A stretch of 64,000 nt of DNA, from positions 13,578,001 through 13,642,000 of the forward strand of contig CM052816.1 of the NCBI GenBank assembly GCA_028534125.1, in the 5' to 3' direction. This stretch comes from Lama glama. Lineage: Eukaryota. A program made the position numbers and the translations under genes. Below are positions 51,271 to 64,000 of the stretch, piece by piece. Every line of letters begins with the position of its first letter. The stretch's first letter is position 1. The notes below the pieces were generated by a model. That model was not told the DNA's origin and searched no databases. It worked only from the letters and a program-made list of their open reading frames with translations.

Positions 51271-52729
51271 AGGGGCCAATGAGGGGTGCGTGGGTGGAGG
51301 GAACAGATGTCCAGTGCGGGGTAGGGTCAAAATTATGGAGGGAAAGGTCAGGTATGGAAAGCTTAACAAGGAAAAGGAATGAGCCACAGGTGCTTCTGAT
51401 GTGCACGACCCCCCCCACAAAACACTCACGCAGCACTGAAAACTCACACCTCCACCACAGAGCAGGCCAGGCCACGGGCTGACACACAGGCTCTGACGTC
51501 ATGGCCATTTCCTTTTTCCTCTTGAGTAAAGCATCAAAGTGGCCTCCTTCCCCCTTCTGGAATTAATATCTGATCACTGATGGACAAAATTCTTTAGCAA
51601 ATTCTAGAAAATCTGCCAAGGCCCTCTCTCCACCCACCAGATGAGAGAAGAAACAAGTGACTTACAAGCCTTCTTTTGGTTAAGTCTTAAAATTCTACCT
51701 AAACTACAACACCCCCCGTTCACTCTGAATCAGCCCAAAGTCAGAGCCACACATCTGGACCAGCCTGGGAATCATGAGCAAGGATCTGCAATCTTCTCCA
51801 ACACCCCACCTCTCACACGACAGGGGCGATGCTCCTATCACAGGGCAGACTGCTACCCATCGCCGTATCTCCTCCAGCACTGCCTCCATGTAAAGCAATA
51901 CATCGTTTAGCAACACATTCAGGAGCCTGGGACCACAGAAGTCAGCTCACAGCCTTCTCACCAGCCAAGAGCAAGCAGAATCACAACCAGCCCTGATTCC
52001 AGGGTTACTCGACAGCCTCCCAACTCTAATCTTATTTCTGAATCTGAGTCAACAATGGTGAGCTCAATGGCTTGGCAATTCACCCACTTCCTATTGGACC
52101 AGGAAATGCTATTACTAACTCACTCCACCCCACTGAAACAAACATTCAGAATCTAACAGTACTGTTCTTTCTAAATCGACCTCCAAAGATCTAGGGTTTA
52201 CTCATTCATAAGACTATAAATCTTCTGCTGACCAGAGTTTACTCCCTAGCTTTAATCCACACAACAGCGCATTTCAAGGGTCGAGTTCACAGTGAAAGAA
52301 GGACTGTGGCACCTCAAGAAACATGCCCTCACAGACCTGTGCAGAAGACTTGCCTCACTATGCTTCGATAGGAAGACAGAGGGATATGATGAAAGTCTGG
52401 AGAACGGGCTGCCATCCACAGGCAAAAGGAGACAAGCAAGGGCCAAAGGAAGTGGTCCTTTGCTCTTGAAGTGCTACCAGGAAAACTGATCCCTAACCAC
52501 TCCTGGCCAACTGCAAGCGTTCAAGCTTCAGCAGATCTTCATTTACACAAAGATACGGCCAGAGCACAGTAATTCTGGTGAATGACGTCTCTTCCATGTC
52601 TGTGTAGATTACAGAGTCAAATGTCAATAGAGACCAGGCAAGTAAGCAAAATGAGGGAAACTGGTAAGAACCCTCACTGCCCAGAGGAAAATAAGCTTGG
52701 TCTCATTTTCCTTAAAACATGTAGCCCGC

Positions 52730-52770
52730 CCTTTCTTTCTTTCTTTCTTTCCTTCTTTCTTTCCTTCTTT
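52730..52770 (+). repeat. (CTTT)n tetranucleotide repeat
   Basis: ctttctttctttctttctttccttctttctttccttcttt. Confidence 0.9.
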
Positions 52771-53499
52771 GCACTTTTACTTTTTGATAGACTTATAGGA
52801 AAAAGGGAGTGCTTCCCCTCTATGGGAAAAACAACAGTGAAAATACAAAGTAAAGTGGCAGCTGTCACCTGTCATCATGGTGGGGGTGAACAGGGCATGG
52901 TGGAGACTGCGGTCAAGCAAGAGCACACGTCCCATCTAAAGGAGGCACCCACCTTTCAGCTCTATAAACAGCTGCACAGGGGAAGGCGGGATTCGGCGTT
53001 CAGATTTGTCCCATCTTAAAATGTTGCCTCCGGTGCTACTCAAGCCAAACCAAACATGTCTGTGGGCCAGCTTACAGCTTCTGGGGTCTGTGTTCGTCCT
53101 TCTCTGCCCCTCCCTACACCAGGCTCTCGCGGCATGTTGCAACGTCACCTTGTACACTGGGACCAACAGTGACGCAGGTCTGCATGCTTGATGCACCTCA
53201 CAGTTCAATGCAGCGGCGCCTTTCCGGATCACCAATGAAGGAGGAACTTGGGATACTTTCCCATTTTTTCCAATACTCAGGACCCAGGGTCACCACAGCA
53301 GGGCAACATTAATCTCCTATTTGGACACAGCAAGCTATGACTCTGCAGAACGATGCATGCTAACCAAACACTGACGGTCCTTGTGCATGACAGATCCTTG
53401 TGCAGGAGACGAATGTAAATGCCTGGGTTGGGTACCGGTGAGAGGGACGGAACGTGACTGAGGAACCAGAAGATGCGAACTGGCAGCCCCCAGACTGTA

Positions 53500-53715
53500 G
53501 CTAAGATTTACTGAGCGTTTATTACTGGCCAAGCCCGGGGATAAGGACTTTGCATTATCATTTGTTCCTCACAATGAAGTAGGCACCGTCATTATACTTT
53601 CTTAAAACACTAAGACTTAGAAATGACTTGCACAGTCGTGCACTGCTGTAAGTGGCAAAGCCTCAGCCTGAACTCAGCCTGCCTGACTCTAAAGCAAAGC
53701 CCATAGCCCATACCT
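53500..53715 (-). mobile_element. MIR SINE
   Basis: atttactgagcgtttatt...cattatcatttgttcctcacaa...aaatgacttgcacagtc...gtaagtggcaaagc...gcctgactctaaagc. Confidence 0.75.
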
Positions 53716-53731
53716 TAAGCACAATGCTGGA

Positions 53732-53745
53732 CTGCCCCCTGGTGC
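53732..53745 (-). promoter_or_regulatory. CTCF-like motif
   Basis: Minus strand GCACCAGGGGGCAG versus core CCASYAGRKGGCRS (1 mismatch). Motif only, binding untested. Confidence 0.5.
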
Positions 53746-53880
53746 ACGCAGTGACCAGCAACTTCGGGGGAGGCCGGGAGGGGGGAAGGGGGAGGAAGGC
53801 ACTTCTCTCTTTCACGCTCTCTCTCTCTAGAGGAAGGAAAGGGGAGAAGGAGGAAAGAACTTCCTCTCCCCCCACGGCGC

Positions 53881-53908
53881 CACACACACACACACACACA
53901 CACACACA
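53881..53908 (+). repeat. (CA)14 microsatellite
   Basis: Read directly. Confidence 0.95.
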
Positions 53909-55537
53909 TGCCCCTTAGGTTTTCAGAAGTAGGCTTCTAATCAATTCTTCAAAAAGGACCTGATCATAACGAACAAATGAACCAGAACCTATTACAGCCT
54001 GCAGCACTCACCTCCGGGGAAGGGAAGGTCCTAAAATAACGAGGACCACAGCAGTAATACTAGTCTAAAGAGCAGTATTGCCAATCACATCAGATAACTT
54101 CCCACATTTTTACTTTAAAGGAGACTGAATTCATGAAATATCAGGAAGCCTAGACAAAGACATCTTTGGCACATTAAGTTACATGGTCTTTAATGGAACA
54201 GATACCGACTGAGTGCCTGTTACGTGCCAGCCACGATGCCAGGCACCAGGGAGAGAGGAGGCAGCACACTGTAACACACGGCACCGGGGGGAAGCGGCAT
54301 TAATCGCCGGGATGAGCAACACTCAGGGAAAACGCGAACATTTGTTACTGTTGATAAGAAACTATGGAAAAGTATTCTAATTCAAGAAATCTTCTAGGTC
54401 ATTTGTCAGTTTTTTTCTTTGCTACTATTCTATCTCATGATGAAGAGACCTGTACATAAGTGGAGTTTCCTTGCTGAATTATTCCCTTTCTTCAGACTTA
54501 GGTAACAGCAAAATTTTGGTTAAGACTTCTAAAAAATAAACTCATTTTATATTTAGAAATTGGCAAATCAACTGGTATACCCGATCAACAAAACTCTAAA
54601 TTTCACTATGCAGACTAAAGAATAGAAAGAGAAATAAGAAATAGGAGTAAGTTACAGAAATAATATAAGGCTGCCTTATGTCACATCAGAGTCCATTAAT
54701 CAACACATCTGACTTACTTAAACCAGAATCTAACAGCAAATACTCTCATTTAACTTTTTTACAAGAAAAAAACCTCAGTAATTTAAAAATTACATGAATT
54801 CTAAAGAGTCCGAGAATTTCTTAAGGAGTTTATTTTACAGAACCGCTAAGGAGCAATTCCGAAAGTAAGATCCTCTCCCCCACTTTCCCCCCACCCAAGT
54901 CATGGAAGTCAGAGCAGTGTAACACCCTCCGAGGAAGGAAAAAGCTATTTCCTCTCTGAAATGTCAATGGCATTGAGACCAGCACTCCAACCAACTGGCA
55001 GGAAGGCAAAATCAAATATTATTTCAAACAAGGGGTGAGAAGGGGAGGGGAGGGGAAGCTTGAAACCAGGAAAAATGGATTCATCTGTTGCAACAGATAA
55101 AAACGCACACTGCACCAACAGGGAAAAGTAAGACTGCCTGGTTCTCAGCACACACTGGACAGTCCAAATCACCCATCTTTTTGTCAGCATCCTCAGATAA
55201 GCTGTCGCTGAAGCAAAGAGCCTGATGCTTTAGGTCAGAAAGCAAGGTAAAAAGGTAATGTTTAAACAGAGGCTAGGGTAACGGAGCATGCTCGTTTCTG
55301 CAGGAAAATGGGTATGAAATAACCCATCATACAAGGGTGGGAGGAAGGAAGTTCTAGAGAAAGAATGAGTCATTTAGAATCTCTTTACTTTAAGGGGTAA
55401 TAGTCACATGGTGGTTTCTTCTACAGGAACACACACACACACACACACAGAGGCACCACTGACTACCAAATGTTCATGTATAAAGGACAGCTAATTTTCA
55501 ACTGGACCTCCTAAGAGTTACTGATAGATATACAAAG

Positions 55538-55551
55538 CTGCCATCTAGAGG
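55538..55551 (-). promoter_or_regulatory. CTCF-like motif
   Basis: Minus strand CCTCTAGATGGCAG (1 mismatch to core). Motif only. Confidence 0.45.
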
Positions 55552-58114
55552 TTGAGCATGGAAACGAAGTCTGTTACATAAGATGACTGCTTTTGGAAAA
55601 CACAGTCTTAGACTCACACAACCTCGTGAAGACACACAAAAAAGCTCATGCATACACACCATATACCAAATTAGAATAGTATTATTTTAACTTCAAATTA
55701 GTATGGTTTCCCTTTGAGACCACAGATTGGAAGGGGGGGCTTCAATCTTTTCTCTTGTATAGGAAACATATATAAGTAATAGATTATCGCACATCGAGTT
55801 TGAAAATGGAATCTTCCCCTTTCCCACATACACACACTTAAAGCACCTGTATCCACGCTCAGTACACAGATGACTTGGAAAGTCATGACACTATATCAAA
55901 AAGGAACGCCATCAAAATGAAACCAACCGGCTCAAAGACATACCCTCCAAAGCTAAATCTCACCACGAGAACAAGGAAGCCCCGGGTGTTAGGGTAGAGA
56001 GGAAAACTTCAAAGGAGCAACATCTCCTGACAGAAAACTACATCAGCAGAGAATATTACTGCATTCCATCTTCACAACAAGCCTGCAAGGTGTGACTAGC
56101 CCCATTTAACAGATGTGCTTAAACCACCTGCCCAGACTCACACAGCTAGTAAGATGGATAGTAAGATGGAGATCCCAAAATGAGACTTAGAGCTGCTTCG
56201 ATTTTTTCCCTGCCTCCTTCTATAAAAACATACTTGAAATAAGGGTGGTGCCTCATTAGAGGGCTGGGCTAGATGTTTTAGATCTTCCATAAATCTTTCT
56301 AGCCTCCACTGTTCTTACTTTAATCAATCTCCCATTTTCCTGCAGCGGTTTTGTTTTTGTTTTGGTCCTACCTATTCAGAAACACAGATTGTGTGAAGTT
56401 TCAGTTTAAATGTCAACTAACATGATTAAGTTCCTATAATCTCTGACACAGGAATTCACCAAAGTCCCAAAGGAAAGAACAAAATAATCTAACTTAAAAA
56501 CTGCATTACCAGAAAAAAATCAAATTGCAGAACCACATGCACACAGTACTGCATTCAAAGCTGTAGCAAATGACATTATTCTGCCTCTGGGAGCAGATTA
56601 CCTGAGACAGATATTTAGAACTGGGCAGTATTATATAAAACATACCTAATTAAACAACCAGCAAACAAAGAAACGCTCATCCTCTGTTGTGCAAACACAC
56701 AGCACACGGTGTGAAGACAAGGACTGAGCAGACAGTAGCTGTTACATGCAGGCTGGGACCAGTTCAGAGAAAAGCTTGCAGAAAAGGAGGACTTCAGATT
56801 TGGTGTGCAAGAAAAATCAGATGATTTTTTTAAGAAGGAAAGTCCAAGAGATTCATAGTGCTTCATTAAACTTTCTATCTGTACCATCAGTAGAGTCTCT
56901 GGCAGGTAATGATGCTTAACAAATGAGGAAGGTAGGGAAGGGCAGAGGAAATGAGAATTCAGGGCATTCCGTTCACGCCATCATTCTGTGTAAGAGTAGA
57001 AGGGGGGAGTCCCTCTGTCTGTTACATTTTCCCCCCAGCAAATTCTAGACCTCCAAGTTTGCTCCAACACTCAACATACTGGTACATACACCTTCAGCTG
57101 CACGATGTGTGTGTGTCTGCGTGTGCCCATTCTATAATCCCCAGTGAGATCTGGAAAGCAAGGACTACGCTTGTCTTGGTCCCCATTACACCCTTGGCAC
57201 CAAGTCCCCTTGTCACCCTAATACATTGTCCTTTGCCGCCCACCTCTGGAGAGGACCAGTGCAGGCACTGGGGTACTCTACACAACACATATCGTCTTCA
57301 AATGTACGGACTTGCGTTGGGCTCAGCTAGTCCTGGAAAAAATAAAAACATTCTAATTGTTTCCTTTCCCCAAGTATAAACACTGCCCCTCAAGAGACTC
57401 CATTGATTCTGTGCAATCAAAAAGAAGCCTTTTGTGCCTATTATTTTCCATATGGTTTTAGGGGCCCCTCCTGGAAACATCTGGGAGAAAATATCCATGT
57501 GTTACATACATCTGTGAGAAATTTCTTAAAAATAAACAAATGCAGAGATGCTGAGAGATGACGACCACTGTGATTCTTTAGCTTACACAAATATTTTCCC
57601 TACATTTGCTTGGTAATTTCCATAAGATGCTGCATGGAGGGGAGTTAGTTATTCGAAGTGACTGAAGACAGACGTTGGCTGGAATCATACGCCACCACCA
57701 CTAACGGCTGCTTTTCGATGAAGTCCCAATTTTTGCCCAGGAATTTTACACTCAACTCCCTCAAAAAGAGTTAACACGCATGGAAGAAGAAATGATAAAT
57801 CTATTCTTTATTCAACTAAAATATCAAATAGAAACTTTCAGATGTTCGGTGCTATGGCAAAGAAATACAAAGTCACCAAAGAATGCTTCTCTATTAAAGT
57901 ATTAAAAAAAGGATGATTTTTAAACTGAAAAGCTCAGCTAGGCTACTGTAAAGAGCACCCAAAATAAGGAAGACAATTTACGTGCAAAGGCTGCTCTGTG
58001 ACGTGGGGCTCCTTGCCAGTGGGACTGTCCAAGGAGGGGGTGGGGCCGTCCATTTAAAAGGCTGATGGAGCTTTTTATTCCGCATCAGTGAGAGAGGCCC
58101 TCCCTAGTCAACAC

Positions 58115-58562
58115 GGTGTTAGTTTGCAGAGGATGCTGTCACAAAGTACCACAAACTGGGCTGCATAAACAACAGAAAGGCATCACCTCACAGGTCTAGA
58201 GGCTAGAAGTTGGAGAGCAAGGTGTAAGCAGGTGGGTTCCTTCTGAGGTACCCAAAGGAGAATCTTCTCCATGCCCGCCTCAGCTTCGGGTGGTCTCTGA
58301 GGCGTCTCTAAGCCATTCCTTGCCTGGAAGCCACATCACTCTGAGCTCTGCCTTCATGTTCACAAGGGGTTCTCCTTGGGCACGTGTCTGGCTCTACATT
58401 CAAATTACATCAGTCCTGTTAGATTAGGGTCCACCCTAGTGGCCTTATTTTTACTTGACCAACTCTGTAAAGACCCTAGCTCCAAATAACTTTCATTTTC
58501 AGACACTGGGGACCAGAATTTCAACACATGAGTTTGGCAGGTGCACAATTCAACCCATAACA
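58115..58562 (-). mobile_element. MLT1B/C-like MaLR solo LTR
   Basis: tgttagttt...gctgtcacaaagtaccacaaactggg...taaacaacagaaa...gattagggtccaccct...ctgtaaagaccct...cacaattcaacccataaca. Confidence 0.9.
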
Positions 58563-61124
58563 AGTATCTTCTAGGAAAATAAGAGAATATCCTTCTTTGG
58601 AGCATGTCGTGGCAACACCCACAACCACTGCACATCGCACACGTTCTGTTACAGTCAGGTATTCTAAGTGCTAGAGTCCTGAAACTGCATTTAAAACCAA
58701 AACCAGAAGAGAAATGCAAAGTAGCATCACAATGATTGGATGGACATGATACCATGAGCTAAGCAACTTCTCAGTTTGGAATTGAAGAAAGACACGAGAA
58801 TTTCTACTAACTTTCACTTCTCAGTGTTGTAAACCGTGAAGTCCTTCTGAAAGAAAACCGAAGACCAATGAAGAGCTACTATCAGCCTGGGAAACATTTG
58901 CTCAGAATAGTCCAGGGGTCTTCAGCAGCTTCTCAGGTCTGAAGCTCCCCCAAAACTAGTTCTGAAGAAAAAAAAAAAAAGGGCAGGCAACTAGAGAGAA
59001 TGGAAGGATGAGACGTAATTACGTGGAATTCTCTAATTATGTGGAAGTCAATATAGAAGGCTGTAGGATACAGAGAAGGGACTACAGGTCTAGTTTTGAG
59101 ATGTCAAAGGAAAAGAATTTAGGATTAAAAGGAGGTTTCTGAAATTCATTCACAGTACTACAGGGGATCTTTGACATAAGAAGTTCAAGAACGACAAATC
59201 TAAATCCCCAGACTCTGAATTAACACAATTTGATTTCCAGCTCATTCGTGGGTCAAAGAGTCACCACGGTTCTTCCTAAAGGAAGGGCATGGCAGGGATT
59301 AACCTCTTTTCAGCAGGATTTGAGCAAACTGACAGCAATGAGCTGGGATACAATGAAAACCATCAACTGGCAAATGGCACCACTGCTCTGATTGCTTACT
59401 TATGCTGGTCTCCTCGGTTAAACAGAAATGAGGGTCATGTTAAAAATAAAAGGCAAAAGAAGAAATGTACAAAAAAAAAAGTTTAAAAACCAGCATTCAT
59501 GGAGCACCTACTGTGTGCCCTGAGCCTGGCCGGTGCTCTCTCTGGATGGCCTCTAAGTTGGCAGCCATGCGAGGGCTTTCTGAAGGGCGCAGGGCAGAAA
59601 TGTGGGGACAGAGGCAAGTGTGCTGCTGTGGTTCACACACCACTCGTTCACATGCCAAATACAAATGACGACAGTGAGAAAGCAGGACTCGGGTTTCACA
59701 GTCAGCAAGCTGACGGCTCAGTGGAGTCCCCGAAATCCAAGTACAGACAGCACCGGGCTCATCCCTCAAAAACGTTTCTTAAAACGTCCTGAGCTGTGAG
59801 GCAGCAAAGCGCCCTGCAATGAGTTCCTCCCATCCTCCGTTCAAACCCCCTGAGCTCTGGGTGAGACTCACCCTGTAAACTGTAGTAACCCGGGGTCCTT
59901 GGAGCACACACGTCCCTGGGCTGGAGTGAGGGTTACATGAGAATCACATGAAACCACACGAACAGTGTTCAGCTTCCAGAAAGTGCTCTCTTACCGTTGG
60001 TTCCCACATCCCTCCTCCGTTGTTAACAAAAAAAGTGGGTTTTATTGTGGTTACTGCTGTTGCTTTTACCCTGCTACTCTGTGTCAGAGCCTGGTAACCA
60101 CCTTTCTAGCTGCACGCGCCTCTATATGGAGAAGAATTAAGCTCCTTAGTAAAGGAGACTGAAGTTTCTCTTCTTTTTAATTTTTATCTTGTTTTACTGT
60201 TGTTTGTTCTATTTTGAATAAGGAAAATGCATGTCTGTGCTCTGGGAAACTGTATCATGATAAGCCCGCTGATCAGTGCACCAATGAAGAGTAAGAACAG
60301 AGGACCACAGAAGGGCTTATTCAAAAGGGGGATTGCAGGGTCTGTCTTGCCGAAAGTTGGACTGTGTAGGTCTGGGGCGAAAACGAGCAGCTGCGGTTCT
60401 AACAAGCACCCGCTTGGATGCTGAGAGCGGGCAGTTCTCACCATACAGGAAGAGACACTGATGCAATCCACTCGCAGGCCTGACCTCCTACAACATTACT
60501 TCCTAAAGGCTACAGCTTCTGTTACAGAGTAACATGAAGTATCAGCCCTGAGCCTGAAGGATAAAAGCATCCAAGCTTGAGAACCACAAGGTCACATATT
60601 CTAAGTCAAACAAGCCATACTTCAGCACATAGTAATACCTTGATAGAATAAAACTCATAGCCATCACATCAGTATTCGTATATCCTACAGTTCACACACT
60701 CCCGGCACACTCTGAAACCTCGCGCTATTAACCAGAGCCATTCCCTCTGTGGCGTTCACATTTCCTAGGTGGCCAACCTTGCATCTTGCTTCCCCACGCC
60801 CCGTACCTCTCTAGCCCAGCAGGTAGAAGCTGAGAAGTCTATGAAAGGTAGAAAAGACAGCAGGACAGCTAGCAGCATCACCTCCTCACTCAGTGCACTG
60901 GTGAAAAAGCAAGACGTAGGGGAGTCTTCCAGGGAAAGGGGCTCTGGGCAGAGTTCCCAGGGATGCCTCCCCTGAGCACATGGACATGCCTTTTCCCTCC
61001 TGTCTCAGTCCCTTCCTGGATGTGTGAGGAAAAGGCAGAGAGACACTAAGGAAAATACTGCCCAACTGTAATCTAATCTTTGAGACCAAAGACAATGACC
61101 TGTATAGAAAGCAGAAAGGTGTTT

Positions 61125-61676
61125 CACAGATGCTCTGTGTTCTTTGAGGTGACGGCCAGTCGGGTGCAGCCGCAAGAGGAGACACAGAAGAGGCTCAGGC
61201 AAACAGAGTCTCGTATATTCACAGGTGCGGGACACAGGACGCACGGCACGGCACACAGGGCCACGTGGCAAAGAACCGGCATCATCCAGGAGACAAGTGG
61301 CGGGAGGGGAGAGCCCAGCCCACGACCTTCATCAGAGCTCCCACAGGAAAGGCAAGGCAGGGAAGGGTTAACCGTTCAGGAGCAGCTAGCCTGAATAACT
61401 TCAGGGCTGCTAGGCTATAGGAGTGGGTCCCTCAGCGCCTGTACCTGGCCCGGGATGCTTCAGGCAGAGGAATATTGCCTCCTGGGGTGCTGGGGCCAGG
61501 GGAGGCAAGGTGGCTCTGACCTGAAGTCCACACATCAGTGGCCCTCCCCAGGCTGAGCCCTCGGCTGACTCTAAGAATTGGCTAGCCCTGGAAGGGGCAG
61601 GATCTCCCCAGCCAGATAGCGTGTTAAGGTGTCAAAACATCAAAATAGACAGAAAAGTTAAAATACAAATAATACG
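61125..61676 (-). mobile_element. MER74-like ERVL LTR
   Basis: ggcagaggaatattgcctcctgggg...ctctaagaattggctagccctggaaggggcag...ctccccagcc...gtcaaaacatcaaaatagacagaaaa...aataatac resembles the recalled MER74/MER73 group. Left boundary uncertain. Confidence 0.7.
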
Positions 61677-62529
61677 AGAGAATTACCTACCCCCACCTCC
61701 GCTTATTAAGCGGGGACTTAGCAGCCTCATTCTGAACCTCAACCAAAGCCCCTCCATGTCACGCCAAGGGAACCAGAGACGGCGACTCAGAAGAAATCGA
61801 CTTCCCAAACCCACTCAGTATGCTGAATGTGACACATTCGCTCTCAGCTTATAATTGGGATGTGCAAAGCTTTTCTAGGCCTCATACAGGGGGAAGGTGG
61901 CAGGAAGTGTTGGTAAGGGTGGAAATGAGATGGAGGAACCACGGTGAGTTTTAATTGCCTAAAAAACAACTCTCTACAACTTCTGGGGAACTTCTGAAGA
62001 AGAAAACAATTCAGCTTCAGGAAGCATCACTGACCTCTTTTACAATCTAGCAGGAGCTGCGCTGCGAGGCATGCCCTTGTCCAAGGAGCCCTGCAAACAG
62101 ACGATCATCTCTGGGAACTACTTGTGTGACCAGCATCAAACAGCCGGCTCCCCTTCCACACAAGCACATCTGCTAACCCATCTTTCATGGATGCCAGGAG
62201 GAGGGATTCCCATAAATTCCACGCTGAGAGCAGAAAGATGCCTACAAGGGCTTAAAGCATCCTGATTGAGGATTTGTTTAAAATTAAGAATAACTGATCT
62301 CAGTTCGAGTCACCACCCTCTTTGTAATTTCCCCTTGCTACCCCAGCTCAGCCTACCCCTCCAAACAGCCCTTCTCCATTCCCTGCCCCTCTCACAACCT
62401 CCACACAGTGCACGATTGGGGTACTCTCTTTTCTTTACAAATTCCCTTTACTTTTCTGCATTTAGAGTCTAGCCTTACGAAACACTAGGTCTGATACACA
62501 TGCACAAGATGCTAATTAACAAGTTAAAA

Positions 62530-62755
62530 ATGGCAAATCATTGAGCATATATTATTTGCCATCCGCCCAGTGTTTTCTATGCGTTCGCTTCTCAAAGCTT
62601 TATAACTCCAGGAACTAGGTACTATTACCATCTTCATTTTCCAGAGAAGGAAATCAAGGCCCTGCAAGACTGAGTGACTTGCCCAAAATCACATGGCAAC
62701 TGAGCAGCCAAGTCAAACATTAGATCTGGGTTGCCTGACTTGAGAGCCAAAGGTG
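62530..62755 (-). mobile_element. MIR SINE
   Basis: taggtactattaccatcttcattttccagagaaggaaatcaaggc...gtgacttgcccaaaatcacatggc. Confidence 0.8.
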
Positions 62756-63816
62756 TCATGACGAGACCACTAAGAAGGGACACGGTGAGTTTCCACGAAC
62801 TTCGGATTCAGGCTAAGTGGGCACACTCTCTCCACGGGTGCTCGAGCAGCCCCGGCAGCTGCGACACAGGGAGACATCCCCGCGCCACAAGAAGGCACTG
62901 CAAACCGGGGTGCACGCGGAGGAGCAGAGCCCCGGCGGAACTCGGGCTCTGGATCCTCGACGGCTACTATAAAGAGGCCACGGGTAAACGTCCCAGGGAG
63001 GGGAGAAGCACCGGCTTGACAAAGTGGTGTGGCTTTATCTTTTTGTTAATAAAGGGGAGAAATTCAACAGCATTAAATGAGAATCATGCTGAGATTGAAG
63101 GCTCTTCATGCTAGCACTGCCGATCTTGAATAGGCAGCTCATATAAGCTTAACACGTGGCTCTCATTGAAAGAATTAACCTGTTGCCAAGTAAAGTGTCT
63201 CCAAGAACTGGAATGCTGTCAAACTAGCTCAACACCATGAAGTGGTACAGCTTAATGAGACTCTATAAATCTGGAGAAACACAACACAGAGCTCCCACTC
63301 CGAAGCCTGTGATCTTGCAAGAGGTCTGCTGTCTTTGCTGAGCGCACACACACAGCGGTGAGTGAAATGCTGTTAACTAAAAGCTCTTTTTTCAATTGAG
63401 CAGACTTCTCCCACTTTTCCCGCTACCTAATTCCTTCTGAATCATTTTATTAAATTAAAATTTTTTCAGTAAAAAAAAAACTCCAAAACCTGAAACAGTC
63501 ACGCTAAACAGTTTTCTTTAAACATATATTCATCCTCCTGAGATATAACACACATTCCCAAGAAGGGAGGCCCTAACATGAAAATAAAACCAAACAACCA
63601 ACCAGGGGCTCAGTGCTGAATCTAAAAGATGGGAGAGGATATACTGATTCTTGCACATCAGCAACTGCCCTGAGGTCTACTCCAAACTGAGTATGAGAGG
63701 AGGGATGGAGAAGGGAAAGAGGGGGGGAAACACCAGAAAGCTGTGGTCGAATGGACAAGGTGAGAGATCTAAATTCAGCAATATGTATTCCTAAGAAAAG
63801 CGGGACAGCTACTCAC

Positions 63817-63911
63817 CTGTCTACTGCTTCCACATCAAAGCAAAACCTCTTCTCGATAGAGTCTGTTTTCCGCCGTGTGCAGGACTTGAGGGTGACTGAC
63901 TCATCTTCTCC
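63817..63911 (-). CDS. ARHGAP26: ARHGAP26 (GRAF1) coding exon, PH domain (probably the orthologue of human exon 10)
   Basis: Minus strand reads tccccacag|GGA GAA GAT GAG TCA GTC ACC CTC AAG TCC TGC ACA CGG CGG AAA ACA GAC TCT ATC GAG AAG AGG TTT TGC TTT GAT GTG GAA GCA GTA GAC AG|gtgagt = [31 protein letters not shown](R). It is 95 bp with canonical AG/GT and matches the recalled GRAF1 PH-domain sequence. Exon number is from memory. Confidence 0.95.
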
Positions 63912-64000
63912 CTGTGGGGAACACACAGACCATCAAGATGAGGCCAGATCGTGGGCTCTGCTCCTCTCCAGGACAAACACAAACATCAGCAGGGTGATGA

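Larger units (their letters stand above)
46626..63816 (-). other. ARHGAP26: ARHGAP26 intron (17,191 bp, phase 2, GT-AG)
   Basis: Donor GTGAGT at 63816-63811 and acceptor CAG at 46628-46626. The flanking exons join in frame. Confidence 0.9.

Noticed and set aside
51494-51501. Perfect CRE palindrome TGACGTCA
   Set aside because: A single 8-mer with no supporting context is not enough to call a regulatory site.
55143-55165. REST/RE1-like half sites (tcagcac...ggacag)
   Set aside because: Non-canonical spacing and mismatches in both halves; likely chance.
59859-59873. Palindrome GGGTGAG-A-CTCACCC containing a minus-strand donor
   Set aside because: Short arms and no convincing upstream acceptor to define an exon.

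Overview
This is mammalian genomic DNA, most likely camelid (alpaca/llama/camel), judged from a Vic-1-type tRNA-derived SINE and an artiodactyl-type L1 3' UTR. The whole window lies inside ARHGAP26 (GRAF1), transcribed on the minus strand. Only two coding exons are present. 63817-63911 (95 bp, [32 protein letters not shown]) and 46547-46625 (79 bp, [26 protein letters not shown]) encode the end of the PH domain and are joined in frame across a 17,191-bp GT-AG intron. Positions 1-46546 belong to the next, very long intron, whose downstream exon I could not find in the window. The introns hold ordinary interspersed repeats (L1, L2, MIR, MLT1 and MER74 LTRs, Tigger1/MER58/Charlie/MADE-type DNA elements), a tailless 5S rRNA retropseudogene, microsatellites and a 500-N assembly gap. 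The best lead is a compact intronic polyadenylation cassette immediately after the 79-bp exon: 23 read-through codons, TGA, UGUA, AATAAA, CA and a U-rich element. It would give a BAR-PH-only isoform lacking the GAP domain. Other leads are a 35-bp templated insertion copied from 670 bp away, two candidate poison exons and three co-oriented CTCF-like motifs. Repeat family names and gene identity come from recalled consensus sequences, not searches, and repeat boundaries are approximate. I see no evidence of a wholly new biological system.
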